Part shown: positions 43,331 to 58,534 of the stretch, one piece after another
How positions within the stretch are numbered: position 1 is the first letter of the stretch
Layout: each line of letters begins with the position of its first letter
Source of the DNA: the human T2T-CHM13v2.0 reference genome, Homo sapiens
Assembly (NCBI RefSeq): GCF_009914755.1
Contig: NC_060936.1
DNA length: 64,000 bases
Reading direction: 5' to 3' (one strand)
Notes under the pieces: generated by a model
The model's database searches: none
What the model saw: the letters and a program-made list of their open reading frames with translations, nothing else
What the model was told of the DNA's origin: nothing
Translations under genes and position numbers: made by a program

Positions 43331-45014
43331 CCAAAATCTAAAAAAAAGAACTCTAGAGCTACCTCTCAGTCAACATGGACATATTTCACAAAACAGCATT
43401 GAGAGGAAAAAGCACAGCATTGAGAGGAAAAAGCAAGTTGCAAAAGAATACGGTAGCAGGGGTTGCTGCCGCCACACCCCACACCTCCCCAGCCCACCCA
43501 AGCCCCTGGTTCCTGCACACAATGGCTGCTTTCCACTCCAGGCACCTGTGTCGCCCTCCCTGAAGAATTCCTCTGCCCACACAAGCAGTGCTTGACCAAC
43601 GTGATGGACGGGAGGTATCAGAACACCGAAGCATGAAGGAGAGGCCATAGACTCCAGCTTCCCCGGCCTCTGGTGGGGACAAGGCTGAGTTGTGTCCAAC
43701 ACTCTCTGAGCCCCGAAGGCTGGCCCCTGCCCACAGCCGCCTCACCAGCTCCCCTTTGTTGCCTCTTCTCCCTTCTGTTCCCTGCGTCACTGGGCTCCCA
43801 GGCTCACCTCCCACGGAGACTCTGCACCAAACCTTCTCCAGATCTGCTTTAGGGGAAGCCAAACACAGACAGACCCACGTGACATCCAACCACAGAGGCC
43901 AGGCTTGAAACCATGCACCACAGCAGACGCACTGCATGGGTGGTGACAGGCTCAAGACACTCGAGGGACCGACAACACCAAGTCCGGGGTGGTGGCTGCT
44001 GCCACTCCCGCTGCGTGGGGGTGGGCTGGGATAGGCTGGGGATGCCCCCTGCGAAGGGCACCCCAGGGGTCACACACATCGTGGAATCATTTACTTCGTA
44101 AGCACGGGTGGCAGGTCCCCGGGGGTGGTGATGCATGTATTTCTTGAACGCCTGAAATATTTCATCATCATCACGAAGCAAAGCATGAGGTAGGTGTGTT
44201 TGGCAGCCAAGGCATTGAGAGGGATGGGGCATTTCGAAGTGGAGGATAGGGTGAGCCTGGACTCCTGCCCAAGCAAAGTGGGGTGGCACTGGGTGTCCTA
44301 CGGGGGGGAGGCCGGGAGACAGGGCTCTTTGTGTCACTATGCCTGGGACCCACGGGTCCAAGGCCGTGAGCGGCTCCTGAGGCAGGGAGGCCACCATCAC
44401 AGCTGCAGTCAGATGGCACCGTGGTGAGGGGTGGCGCAGAATCAAAAGAGAAAAAGGCGTGTGAACACACTTCAAAGGCAGGTCCCTAAGACCTCTGGGC
44501 TTAATTGGAAGTTGGCGCCAAAAGTGAGTGAGGCGTTGGAGGTTTCAAGTCTGGGTGACGAGGTGAATGGGAGGACCCTTGGCAGGCGTCTGGACACCCA
44601 GAGGGTTTTATTTATTTTCATCTGTCAGGGCAGGGGGCTGGAATGGGTTTGTGCAGGCTCACACGCCATTTGTCCTGATTTTGGAGACAGGCTGAGACCA
44701 GGAACCCTCTGACCTCATCACGTTGGATTTCCAGGTAATCCTGCAGCCCCTACGTTGTCCTCCCCTGAGCTCAGAGCCCCATTCAGCCCTCCCAGCCCTG
44801 GCCACGTCACCTATGGGACCCCGGAATGCATTTCTGAGAGGCAGGCTCTGGCTGGGGTCTTACCCCACCTTTCTCAAACACTTTCTGTCCTGGGGCCCAT
44901 GCACTCACGGCTCTTAGGGAGATCTTGGTGGGGTTCTGTGTCCCCTCTGACAGAGCCTAAATGCCCCCAATTCTTCACCCCCTTTTTCTAGCCACACCCT
45001 TTGCCACGTAACTT

Positions 45015-46960
45015 ACTTTTCCCAGCTTTATTGAGCTTTATTTAAGTTTGATGGATTTTGGTGATTGTATACAGTCATGTAACGGCCCCCACAGATGAGA
45101 TCTAGAGCACTTAGAAGATCCCCAAAACTTCCCTGTGCCCCCTGGCAATCAAACCTCACCCTCACCCCCAGCTCCAGGCAATCACAAACCTTTCTGTTGC
45201 TATAACTTTGCCTTTTGTAGCATTTTCTATAAATGTCTCCTCTTGAGTTTAGCTCCTTTCACTTCCATAATGCTTTTACACTCATTCACATTGTATGTGC
45301 ATCAGTAATTCACTCTTTTTTGTTGCTGAGCAGGATTCTGTAGGGTGGATAGACTACAGTTTGCTTATGCACTCACCCATTGATGGACATCTGAGTTGTT
45401 TTTATTGGGGTGATTGTGAAAAGATAGCCCAGTGCTATAGACATTTGCATATTGGTCTTTGTGCAGATGTAGCTCATTTCTCTGGGGTAAACACTGAGTT
45501 GAGCAATTGCTGGGTTGCATGGTAAGTTTATGTTTAATTATAAATTCTGCTAGACTATGTTCCAAAGCTCTATCATTTTGCATTCCTGTCTGCAGTATGT
45601 GCAAGTTCCACTTGCTCCACATCCTTGCTAACACTTGTTATTGTCAGTCTTTTTAAACTTAGTCATTCTATGGGGTGTGCAGTGATAACTCCCTGTAGTT
45701 TTGATTCCTGCATTAACTTTGCAGCACCCTCTATGCTGGCCCTGGGCTCAGCCATGTGACTGGATTTGACCAACAGAATGAGGCAGAAGTGGCTGGGTCA
45801 GTTCCACATCTGAGTCTCAAGAGGCCTTGCATGTTTCTGCTTGGTCTCTTGCCCTCTGCTACACTCTTGAGAATGTCTGTGGGCTGGTCTGCTGGAGGGT
45901 AAGGGACACATGGAGCAATGCTGAGTGGCCCCAGTTGTCCCAGCAAGACCAACCTAGATCAGCCAATGGTCAGTCTTTCTGTATCTTTCATGACCTTGAC
46001 ACTTTTGAACAATACTGGCCAATTATGTAAAATGTCCCTCAATTTGGTTGTGTCAGATGTTTTTTCATGATTACATTGAGGTTATACAAGAATACCACGG
46101 AAGTGATGTCATGTCCTCAATCCATCTTACCAGGGGTGATGTTAACCTTATCACCTTTTCACTGGAGACATTGACCTTTGTTAAGGTGGCATCTGCCAGG
46201 TTTCTCTCTGTGTATTTAATAAGTATCTTATGGGGAGATACTTGAGAACTTCCAAATGTCCCCTTTCTCTTCATATTTTTACTTGATGGTTTTAGCATGC
46301 ATCATTGATTCCTGCCTGCAGTAATTAAGACTGCCATATTTGCTTAATGGTGACTTTCTATTTCATCATCTCTCCTACACACTCATTCATTAGAACTCTA
46401 CCATCAGGAAGAGCTGTGTGTTCTCCCCATCCTATTTATTAGATCAATCATTTATTCATAGCAGTATGGACTCATGGATACATATTTTATTCTGTGGGCA
46501 ATACCCGTTACTATCATTATTTGTTTTTCTTGGCTTGAATATTCTCAGACTTGGGCTTTGGGTGCTTCTTGTAGTTTGCCGCAATGCCCTTTTGATGTGA
46601 TGCTATCATTATTTTTAGTACATCCTTACTTTCCAACAGTATGGGATCATCTTTGTTTTCCCCATCCCAGTCCTGAAAGTAGCCCTTTCTCCAAGTGTTC
46701 ACTGGTTGCTTGGTTGGAGAATGGTGCATAGGAACCAAGATCTGAGTGCAAGGGTGCTCTTCACTGTTGGGATGTCATTGCTTCTGGGTGTGTTGGAGCC
46801 AGCAAATATATATATGTACACTAATTCATGCATGCACACATTTGCATTTATTTATACATCTATCCATCTGCGTGTGTATACGTGTGTGTATATGTGTTAC
46901 CATGAGTTAATACCAATTACTCTGATTTCAATCCAACACAATGGGTTCTTTCTAATTATT
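45015..46960 (-). mobile_element. Old L1M fragments with an embedded MLT1 piece (~45710-45970)
   Basis: CCCATTGATGGACATCTGAGTTG; TCCACATCCTTGCTAACACTTG; TTTCATGACCTTGACACTTTTGAA. Confidence 0.7.
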
Positions 46961-47269
46961 TTTAATTTCTCTCAAAATCACTTCTTCTGGTTCTTCCAGA
47001 AAATGAGCTCTTCACCTAGCTTAAGAATGTAGAGATGTCGTGTATGGTTGGGCAGGTTGTTCACTGTCCAAGGGTGTTCCAGCTGAGGAGAGCGATGGGA
47101 GCTGAAAGCATCCATGCTCTACTCCCTAAGCTCTGCACTCTAACATGTGCTCTGGGTCCACCAGAGTAAGGGATGCCCTCTTTTCACTTGTGCAAATGCA
47201 CTGGGTGAGCTAGCAACAGACCTGGTCGACTGCTGTCTCGGGATATTTTTGTGTTTACTTGTGAAACAC

Positions 47270-47590
47270 CCAGGCTTGGGCTGGATTCCCCCAGAGGCAG
47301 ATTGTGAGCTGAGGATTTGAGTGCGAGGAGTATTTTGGGATGTGATTCCAGGAACCTCCCAGAGAGAAGCAGTGGGGAGTCAGGCAGGAAAGAAAGCATG
47401 CGTCAGGGAGCTGGTTACTACTGGGCCACCGAGGCTCCATCCCAGTAAGGAACCCTGGAAGACGGGAGGAACGCACCTTGGAGTTGCTTCCCTAAGGGAT
47501 CAACTTCAGTTGGTCGCCACTCAAGGCTCCTCCTGAGGGGAGCAGGCACAGAGTCCCTGGCACTTCTGGCCCTGAGTGCCCAGGGGATGA
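47270..47590 (-). mobile_element. LTR16/LTR33-like ERVL LTR fragment
   Basis: GGATTCCCCCAGAGGCAGA..GTGAGCTGAGGATTTGAGTGC...GTGATTCCAGGAA. Confidence 0.55.
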
Positions 47591-48957
47591 GTGCGTGACA
47601 TTGACGGCTTCTGCTGTCCTCTGTCTCCTGCTTTCCCCGTGGGATGAACTAGCTTGAGAGGCACAAGATTCCTGAGCAGGCAGAGGGACTCTGTAGGAGT
47701 CTCAGAGCTCCTGAGGCTGCACCCTCGCCCTGGAGCCCCGTGAAATCTTCAATTTTGGGTTTTATGAGCTTCACAAACCTTCCAGGGGCCTCTCCGGCTC
47801 CGGATGGGGTGCGTTGGAGGCCTGGTGCCCACGTGTCTCCTGGGCCCTCCACCTGTGCCCCGCCTGTTTGCACAGTGTGCGTGAGCTGAGCACCTGAGTT
47901 TGCTCTTTGAATCAAGTGTTTAACTCACTCACGGTAATAGTGGCTGATAATTCTTGAGCTAACACACCTTCTACTTTGCGGCCTAGCCTTGTTTGCCTTT
48001 CAGCCCTGGTTTATTATCTTCCATCGGATGAAGCTTAGGAGCACCAGCGCTGCCTAGGGAAACCCTGGCCCCTCCTTCCCTGGGATCATCTGGGTCCCCC
48101 AGGGCTCAGGCTTTACAACCCCTGCTGCTTGGTTACCCACCTCCCACCTGGGGCCCCTGACAGATCAGGGGACAAGCAGATAGAGGGCTCACCAGTGCAG
48201 TCCAGTGTATGCTGCCGGGCGGGCCGGAGCAGAGTGAGTCAGATTTGGCTTTTTATAATCATCCAGGTGCCAGGGTGGGCACGCGTCCTGGGTCATCCTT
48301 CCAGCGAGGGCTCACATCATAGCCTGTCACCAGCAGTAATTCAGCAGGAGGGTTTAGTTTCCTCCCTATGGGATCAGCGAGGGCAGCTGTCTAAGCCCCA
48401 GGCACACTGCCTAGGGCGGACGTGGGGGTGGGGGCCGTCCTCCTAGGGCTGCCCTGCCTCTTGGCAGGTGATCAGCCTTCACCTCCTTGTGTGGTTTAGG
48501 GGGGCTGCCTCCTGTCTATGTCAGAGGGCTTCTCAGAAACAGGCACCGCTGTAGGGGCAGCAAGATGACTTCACTTGGAAAATGGAATGTACTTAAACGA
48601 GATCAAGCCACCTCGTGGAGAAGCCATTCCCTTCCAATTTGTTTTAATCCTGCTGATTATTGCAAAGAGAAAGACTTAGCCTGGTGCTAATGAGTCTTTA
48701 ATGCCTCTGAGGACTTCCTAAGTTTTCCTTTTTTTTTCTAAACAAGAAAAGTTAAGCCTCAGGCTGTTCATCCTTCTAGTTGGAATTTAATAACCGTGTT
48801 TTGTTTTCATAGAATTTACCTTTGGAGTTGTTTATTCATGGCAGGGCCTCCTGGTTTTCCATTTTGGGGAGTGATAGGAAGTTTTCCATTAAATTAATTT
48901 ATTGTATATATTTTTTTACAGTGAGTCCTTAATATATTTTGTAGGTAATAGTATGGG

Positions 48958-49172
48958 TGAGGTTGGCAAACTATGGCCCTGGGCTAAATCTAGTGTATAG
49001 CATGTTTTTGTCAATAAAGCTTTATCAACACACAGCCACGCCTGTCATTTGCATATTATATTACTATGGCTGCTTTAATGCAGAGATGAGTAGTTGCATC
49101 AGAGATTGTCTGGCCCACAAAACCTGAAATATGGACCATCTGACCCTGTACAGAAAAAGTGTGCTGATCTGT
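48958..49172. mobile_element. MER58A
   Basis: GGTTGGCAAACTATGGCCC...AATAAAGCTTTAT...ACAGCCACGCC...TACAGAAAAAGTGTGCTGA. Confidence 0.85.
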
Positions 49173-49919
49173 TATATATGGTACATGATTGGTAATAGGT
49201 ATTATATCAGTGACGTTGACAGAGCAAAAATATGGAAGGTAATATGCAAATAACTAAAGTACCGGAAAATACTTGGCAAATCCCAAGAAACTAAACAGAA
49301 ATTCCATTGGGAGGGCCTTTGGTAACCACAGAAAATTTCCAGCCTTTCAATTGTGTGCCTGGCTGTTTGCCTGATCACTTTATCACTTTGAGATACTGCA
49401 CTGATGACTCCATGAGCTGGAATTCACTGTGTTCATATCCTTTCCTGGTTCTGGGAGGATTGTGGTTGGGTACATTGGCGGCATAAATACCCAGTTTCTC
49501 CCTCTCTTTTTCTGTCTGGTCAGACTTTAATTTTCTTCTTTAACTTGGGCTCTAGACCTATGTCTGGTTTCCCACGCAGTCCTCTGGTAGCTCTGGTTTC
49601 CAGTTAATTCCTTAATTACGGTATCTACCTCCAATTCCGCAAGCATTTCCTGAGCTAAACGCTGAGTTGGAGATAGGCAAGTGAAAGACATGACCTGTCC
49701 CCACGGACAGCGCACATCGCAGGGAACTCATCACCAGCACCTCAGGGAGCTCTCATCACTATTGTCATTGCTGCCACCACCAGCAAGAAGAAGCAACTAA
49801 GCCCCAGTTGTTATCTACAGTGGACCACTAAACACTTGCCTAAATCACCAGGCCAGCTTAACAAAAGTGGCCCACTAGACAAGAGAGGACAGAAGACCGG
49901 GTGCCCTGGCATGTCCGTA

Positions 49920-50270
49920 GGGCCTCTGTGCTAACCATCCCCCAGGCCAGAAGTGCTCTCCCTTGCTTTCTCATGGCTGGATCTTTCTCAATGTTCCCTT
50001 TGCATTTTAAACATACAAAAGACCTTCCCTGCCTACTTGATCTACTAAAGTGCCATGGTTACTTTCTATTACTTTACTCTGTTTAATTTCTCTTGCAGCA
50101 CTTCTCACTATCTGAAGTGATCTGGTTTGTTGATCAGCTTCTTTATTTCTGTCTTCCCTGATGTGAATACAAGCCCGCAGCCTGTCTGCTCAAGAGCTGT
50201 ACCCTCAGGGTGTAAAATAGTGGCTGGCACAGTGAGTGTTCACTAAATGCTTGCCAAATGAATACATAAA
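49920..50270 (+). mobile_element. L2 3' portion
   Basis: AATAGTGGCTGGCACAGTGAGTGTTCACTAAATGCTTGCCAAATGAA. Confidence 0.65.
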
Positions 50271-50702
50271 CCCTGTGGGTTTTTGAAAAAGGAACTAACA
50301 TGCAATACCACCACTTGTGATTCTTCACAGTTAAAAAGGAAAGAGAAGTTTCACCTATGAGTTTTATACAGGGAAAACATGAACAGGTTTGATCAAGAGC
50401 CACAACATAAATTATAAAGTCAAAAATTAACATCATTAGAGATTTTTTTTGGCGAATTATCATGCCTGATGGTCCTTCTGCATCACTTTAATTCTTAATA
50501 TTGTCATCATTGCCATGATCACCATCACCATGACAGCATTGCAGTTTGAGGATAATAAAATGTTAAGGACCCTAGAGAATATCTGGGGAGAGGCCTTGTC
50601 ATACTCATGAAGAAATCCGAGGTCCAGAAAGATGACATGAATTGCTAAAGCATTTTTCCATGCAGTCCTCTGGTAGGTCTGGGTTCCAGTTAATCCAATT
50701 GT

Positions 50703-51455
50703 CACCACCACCACCACCATCACCACCATCACCTCCATCATCACCATTACCACCATAATCATCATCATCAATACCACCACCACCATCACCACCATCACCA
50801 TCATCACCATCACCATCATTAACACCATCATCACCACCATCACCATCACCACCACCATCATCACCATCACTGTCACCACCACCATCATCACCACCACCAT
50901 CACCATCATCACCATCACCATCACCATCATCACCACCACCTCCATCATCACCATTACCACCATAATCATCATCAATACCACCACCACCATCACTACCATC
51001 ATCACCATCACCACCATCATCCCCATCACCATCATCACCATCACCATCATCACCACCACCATCACCACCACCATCACCACCACCACCACCATCACCACCA
51101 CCATCACCACCACCACCATCACCACCATCATCACCATCACCATCACCATCATCACCTCCATCATCACCATCATCACCACCACCATCAACATCACCATCAC
51201 CACCACCATCATCACCACCACCATCATTATCACCATCACCATAACCACCACCATCACCATCACCATCACCACCACCATCATCACCATCACCATCACCATC
51301 ACCATCACCATCACCACCACCATCACCACCATCACCTCCATCATCACCATCACCATCACCACCACCATCACCATCATCAGGGTCATCACTGTCATCACAC
51401 TGTCATCACTGTCATCACTGTCATCACCACCATCATTACCATCATCACCACCATC
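50703..51455. repeat. Long degenerate (CAC/CAT)n trinucleotide array
   Basis: Directly visible ~750 bp; ends in (ACTGTCATC)n variant units. Confidence 0.97.
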
Positions 51456-52351
51456 AGGACTACCATCCACAAATGAGCCATCTTTAGAATGCCTCAATGC
51501 TTGAAATACCCTAAGGGTGCCACAAGTGGTTCCAGATGAAAAACTCCTTAAGAACATTGGGAACCGCTATCTTGTCATAGCACCAACACTCTTGTGCAAC
51601 GCCCCCTAGGCTGAAAACAGATCAGGGTCGTCTCCTGCCAGGAAGAGAAACTTCTTATGGCTCTGTTCAAATTCCCTAGAAAAATATCTGTGGCTGAGGA
51701 AGTTGTATAGTAAATTTTAGTGGTTTGTACATACAATTTCTAAAACTCCCTTTCCCCTGTTATTTATTTGCTTACTCTAATTTAAGCACTTAAGGAAGAC
51801 CCAAAATTCAGTGAGTGAGTCCCCATCAACCACCAGAAACAGAAAACAGGTGTGTTGTGCTGACAGCCACATGACCAAGGCTGGGAGGGCTCCCCTCCCT
51901 GAGACGCCAAGATAAACACACCCACAGCATCGCCCTGGAAATGGTGGCTTACAGTTCAAATGCTCAGGAGGGGATAGGAAAAAAAAATCAGGACAGCACC
52001 ATAGAGAACAATTTCCGTCATCAACTTCTGTGCTCCTCCTAAGGGCAGAGGACCTGCAAATTACACCACAGCCCCTTGAGTAGTTTCCACAAGGACCGAT
52101 GTTGATGGGGATCTAGAAAAACAAAGGCAAGCCATGCCCCAGACAAGTCTCCATCTCAGAAGCGGAAGTCCTTGGCATAAGCCAACCATATTGGCAAAGC
52201 CCTCGCTGGGTGAAAAGTGCAAAGCGAGGACAAATTGATGATGAGAAAACCAAGTCTGAAGATTTACTTGGACAAGCTAAAGGCAAGGAGACAGAGCTGG
52301 AGCTGAAAAAAGAAATCCAGTGTTAACAGGAGGTGCCCAGTGTGTTAACGG

Positions 52352-52893
52352 CTGTTGTCCAATATGGTAGCTGCTGGCCACATGTGGCTACTGAACCCTG
52401 AAATGTGGCCAATGCAACTGAGAAACTGGATTTTTAGTTTAATTTAATTTTAATCAACCTAAATTCAAAAACTGATACTTGATTCAGTTGTTAGGAAACT
52501 TTTGAAGTATGTTTGAAACAACTTTAGAAGGTGAATCTAGCTTTTCAACTGTGAACGGAGTCTTTTATGGAATTTACAGTTTTTAAATAACTGATGAAAT
52601 GTACATAACTTTACAAATTTTCCATTAACATATAACATGCAAATTGACATACAAATAAGTATAAAATGCACATTGGATTTCGAAGACTTGGTACCAAAAA
52701 ATAATGTAAACTATCTCATTCGTATTTTTTAATATTGTTGGCCTGTTGAAATGGTAATATTTTAGATGTGCTGGGTTAAGGAATATATGTTATTAAAATT
52801 ATCTTCACCTACTTCTTTTTATTTTTTCATGTGGCCAATAGAAAATTTAAAACTACATATGCAGCTTGAATTCTGTTTCTATTGGACAGGGTG
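52352..52893 (-). mobile_element. Charlie5/MER33-family element
   Basis: TGTCCAATATGGTAGC...GGCCACATGTGGCTA start; TTTCTATTGGACAG end. Confidence 0.8.
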
Positions 52894-53469
52894 GCTGCAG
52901 TCAGTCGGGAGCTGACAGATACTTCTGGCCAGAGCGGCTGTTGACACCGCTCAATTGTTCTGGTGCCTCCTGTCCTGTGCCCACTCCCCGGCCACCACCT
53001 TGGGAGTAAATGTTAGCTGAGAAGCTGTTGCTCACCCAGAGAGGAAGTTGGGTGTAATTAGAAAACCGAATCATAACTTAGATATTTTACAGCTCCCTCT
53101 GTTATCATGGACTCAGGAACATTCCACAGAGTCTCAATACCCTGAGTAATTTCTGGGGAATTCTGACTCTGATCACCCAAGTAATTGGGTCAGCCTTGGT
53201 CTGACTTCTCAAAACCCCAAAAGTCCTATGCCCTGAATATGCCAGACTCTGTGGACCAGCTGATGTACCCTGAGCTGCCGCAGGAAGATTCTAGAGTTTG
53301 AGATACATAAGAATACAATGGTTTTGTAAATCTAAAATTATTTCAAATTAAAAAGTTTATTTTAAAAAATATGTAACAAGTCTTGGGCCTGAAGCCAACC
53401 TGAAGATTCCTCATTTTATGACCCCAAGATATGGCTTAGTAGTTCCTGAAGGAGTCATTCTCTAGTTCT

Positions 53470-54372
<903 letters not shown>

Positions 54373-56269
54373 CCACTCCAGGACATCCTTCCTCCACCCT
54401 CAGAGGATGAGCTGTTCTCCTCTTATGGACACCTCATGAGATCCTATTCTGCATCTGCCCAGTGTGGCCACGGACAGGTCCCACCTCTGTAAGCCTCGTT
54501 CTCCTCGAGGAGAGGAGAATGCCTGTAACAGCTGAGAGAGCCTGGAAAATGGGTACTATAGTATTGTCTATGTCAGGGGGATGCTATGAGGAGTATTACC
54601 TGCAAAACGCTCGCTGCCCTGCCCACGGCATCAAAACCCTTCAGTCAATAAATCAAATATTATTTTTCATCTCTACTCCCACCCTTCCATCCGCTCTTGA
54701 GTCTGACCCTTTTTCATTTACCTCCAAGTTTTGCTTGCTTTCTCAACCCTCCTCCAAAACATCTTCCCCTCTTTCCCTACAAAACCCTTCCATCTTCAAA
54801 GATGCTTGGTTCTTCCCAGTTCTTGAAGTAAAACATCTCTTTCCTTGGACTTGTCTGATGACGGACTGTTCGATTTCTCTCCTTCCCTTTGCAACTCATG
54901 CGAGTGACCCACGTTTCCTTTGTCTGCTTTTGACCCGTCCACTCCTTTCAGGACCCCTGGTCAAGCCAGCCTCTGCCCACAGCCCGGGACTGACAGCACT
55001 CTCCAAAATTCACCGGGATCTTCATCTCACCACGCCTAAAGCCCCTTTACCCAGTTTCAGCCTTCTTAGCTTTTTAATTTTTTTAAACCAAGAACAAGAA
55101 AACTTCAAAATGCTCATTTAAAAGTACTTTTAATTACAGCAATCCAGCCCTCTCCCAGTGGGTCCCTAGGACTCTGCACCTTCCTGGGATGAGTGGGTAG
55201 GAGGTTGCCTGCATTTTTAATCTCTAAGCTCTTTGCGTTTGGGGAGTGAGGTCGTTCCTGTTTGGAAAGGCTGTTCTTATCTGGATGGAGCCCCACCTGT
55301 TTCCCTGGAGGGCAGAGTTCGCTGGGGAGTAACAGGAGTTAAGGCCTCCAGGTCCTCACAATCTTCATGTCACATGAGCTAAGCAGTAAACAGCTCTCCA
55401 GGACCCAAATAAAAAGGTCTTTATGGAGAGAACAAACACAAAGAAATGCCAGGATCCAATTCAAATGAATAAATAAACCCAGTTCCAAAGGCTGCAGGCC
55501 ACAGGATTTCGGGGAGACTGAGCCAAGCAAGTTGGTTTCTTGAGAGTTGTTTCTGAAAGGGAAGGAGGAAGAAAGATTTCAGGGCCCGTCAGCAGATCCC
55601 AGCATCTCCAGACCCAGATCCATGAGCCATCTAGAAGTGAAAGAAGTTTCCCAACCAACAACTGTCCTACCAAATGTTGCGTTGGAAAATCAAAGTGAGA
55701 TGACTCTCACAGGACCCGGGAACAGGGGACTCCAGGCATCCCGGGCCTGTGCGGGAGTTGGGGACCTGGGAGATGCTGACAACCAATGCAGGCTCTAGCA
55801 ATCAGTGTCTTGTGATCTCAGCAACGCTGGGTCATCTGTCCCATGCCAGCATGGGGGGCTGGCCACTCTCTGTCCTGGCCTCTGCCACTCCATCCTTGTA
55901 CAGCTTCACCCACCTCACCCCCTTCTCTGATGACTTTTTCTTTTCCCCACTGTTTCTTGTACTCATAATGTTCACACAAAGCTTCTCACAGCCCCGCGCC
56001 TGATGGTCCCAGCACTCTCTGCCTTCTCCGTGTCCAGGTTTCCGCTTCAGTTATGATGAGCCAACTCTCTCTGTATTCCTTATCTGAAATCCTGAGAATC
56101 AGATTATGGCGACAGAATCTCCTGGACTGCTAATCCCTTCTCATGAGCATGTTGTCAGATCTTGCCCTCGGCAGGAGCTATGCCGCCATGGCCCTAGCCA
56201 GGGAGCCTGGGTCCAGCAGGCACCCTGATTGGACAGGCTGGCACAACTTTCCTTCTGCAAGAGACAAAG

Positions 56270-57680
56270 CAGCTCACCCATCCATTCAGTCCATCAACAT
56301 TTTAAAAGTATTTTTTATGTGCTGAGCGCTCAACAAGGAAACATGGGAGAAATAAACATCATTCTTGCCTTGCAGGAGCTCTCAGTGTGGAGAGAGGGAC
56401 AGAATCATGATCAGCACCTAAGACAAGACCCAAGGTACAGTGATTGAGCTGGGGGCACCAGGAGTGAGGGTTAGTCACGTAGTAGAGACCATCAGGAGCA
56501 GGGCTGAGTCCCTAGGGCAGGTCGGAGTGTAGCCATAGTAAGTGTGGGGGAAGAGAGGATGAAAGGCACACACACAAAGGTTTGTTGGGCGGTATGGGTA
56601 TTGCTGGCCCATAAAACAGAGACAAGAAGTGGCAGGAAATGAGTAGAAAGGGACTTGGATGCCATTTTAAGGACCTGGGTCAGTGCATGGCAAGTGATAA
56701 GGGAGCCACTTCAGGATTCTAAGCAGAAGGGTGTCCTGTCCATCCTGGCATTGAACATGAGTCACTCTGTGGAGCAGGGAAGTTGGTTAACGGAGACTGC
56801 CAGTGGCCTCTAAATCCCCTGTTCCTCTCCTTCCTGGGCTCCTCCCCACTCCCCCCAACAGACTACATTTCCCAGCACCCCTTGCCTCTAGGCAGGGTCA
56901 TGTGATTAGTTCCAGCCAATGGATCATTAGCCAGAGTGATATGGCCACTTCCAGGTCTGGGCCCTAAAAGCTCCTGAGAGAAACTCCAAGCTCTTCTCTG
57001 TCTCCCAGCTGGACACAGAGGATCCAGTGAAGGATGCTGGGATGGAGACACAACATGGAAGAAGCCTGGGCCCCTGAACCACCATATGGAAGACCATCCT
57101 ATGTCAGCATGAATGGGAAACACATTTTCCCTGTGTTAAGCCACTTTAGTTTTGAGATTGTTATTGGAGCAGTGAGGACTACAGCAGCTGCTGTTGAGAG
57201 ATGATAGGAGCCTAAATCAGTGGGTGGAACAGATTCAAGCAATTTTAGGGCAATACCGTAATTATCACTTGACAATCAATTCCATGCAGGATGTGACAGA
57301 GAGGAAGGCACATCTAGCACAGGACAGGTGGACTGAGAATTTAGAAGGAAGAAAGGGCTTAGAAGGAAGGCAATGAGTTAATGCTCAGACTCAGGGGAAC
57401 TGTGAGCTCCAGTGGAGATGTCTAGGAAGCTTGGGTGAGAAGTCTGCACCGAATGTGTACATAGATGGTACTTTGAGCCAAGAGAGCAATGAAATCCCAA
57501 AAGAAGAGGCAGGTGAGGTAGAAAAAGAAGTGACGTTAGACTTGGGGTCCAGCACATTTGAGGGGTACTCAGGGCTGGAGGATCCCACCGAAGAGATGAA
57601 GGAGGACGAGTCCGTGAGGTAGGAGATAACCAAGGACAGTGAGCATCATGGAAGCCCAGAGAGAAGCCAGGCTGCCGCAG
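56270..57680 (-). mobile_element. L2 fragments with an inserted MLT1 (I/J-like, ~56770-57175, +)
   Basis: CATTCAGTCCATCAACATTT...CTTGCAGGAGCTCTCAGTGTGG; CAGACTACATTTCCCAGCACCCCTTGC. Confidence 0.7.
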
Positions 57681-57689
57681 TCCCCAGGG

Positions 57690-58080
57690 CTCTGTAACAA
57701 GTGATCCCCTCACTTCACAAGGGCAATGTTTATTTGCTGACGTTTGTTTTGGTAGGGCTAGGTGGGGACAGCCTCATCTCTGCTCCACTTGGCCTCAGCC
57801 AGAGTGACTTGGTGGCTGACAGCTGGAGCCACCTGAAGTCATGCACACTGTGGGCCTGATGTCCATTGAGGGGCCGAAGTCCACTGAGGCTCAGGCCAAA
57901 TGGACAGTGATGGCCTCAGGAATGTCAGAAGACAGGGGGACGAAGGCCATCGGAAGTGGCTCTCGCTCCATTCTCATCCCATTAGCTAAGGCAAGCCTTG
58001 GGCTGAGCCCTTCAATGGGGAAGGGAAAAAAACACTGTCCACTCTCATAGTGGGCACTGCCAAGTCACCAGAAGGGGTGA
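57690..58080 (-). mobile_element. Old MLT1 LTR fragment
   Basis: TGTAACAAGTGATCCC...ACAGCCTCATCTCTGCTCCAC...ATCCCATTAGCTAAGGCAAG. Confidence 0.55.
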
Positions 58081-58534
58081 GCATGTGACTGAAGCCCACA
58101 GGTGCCCTTGATGGACCAGAGTGGCAAAGGTGCCCCACTTCCATAAAAAAACGCTCTGTTTGTGCACTGCAGCAAGGCCGACAGTCCTGGCAGGTGAGGC
58201 TACGCTACAGGCACTTCGGTGAGAGCAGCAGGGACGGACGGCAGGGAGCCGCGACTCGATCCGCCGTAAGGGGTACTGTGAGCATACATTATTTTCCTCT
58301 GCCTGGTCAAAACAAAGACAAATGCAAATTACAAGAACATTGCAGACAACAAAAGAAAAATCCCGGAATCCCTCGTCTCTAGAAGTTTACACCTTGAAGC
58401 GTTGGAGTTTATGTTTGGCAAAAGCTCCAGCCTACTTCACCAACTAGAAACGCATGAGTTAAAAAGGAATGTTCTCTGCTGAAGCAAAATTTTGAAAAAG
58501 TCTAGAACTATCCGCCCATCTCTTCAAAGCTTAC

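Noticed and set aside
43393-43434. 21-bp tandem duplication (similar ones at ~38757 and ~62463)
   Set aside because: Ordinary slippage microduplications.
50460-51557. 365-aa Met/Val-rich ORF
   Set aside because: Produced by the (GTG/ATG)n simple repeat, which lacks stops in that frame; no gene context.
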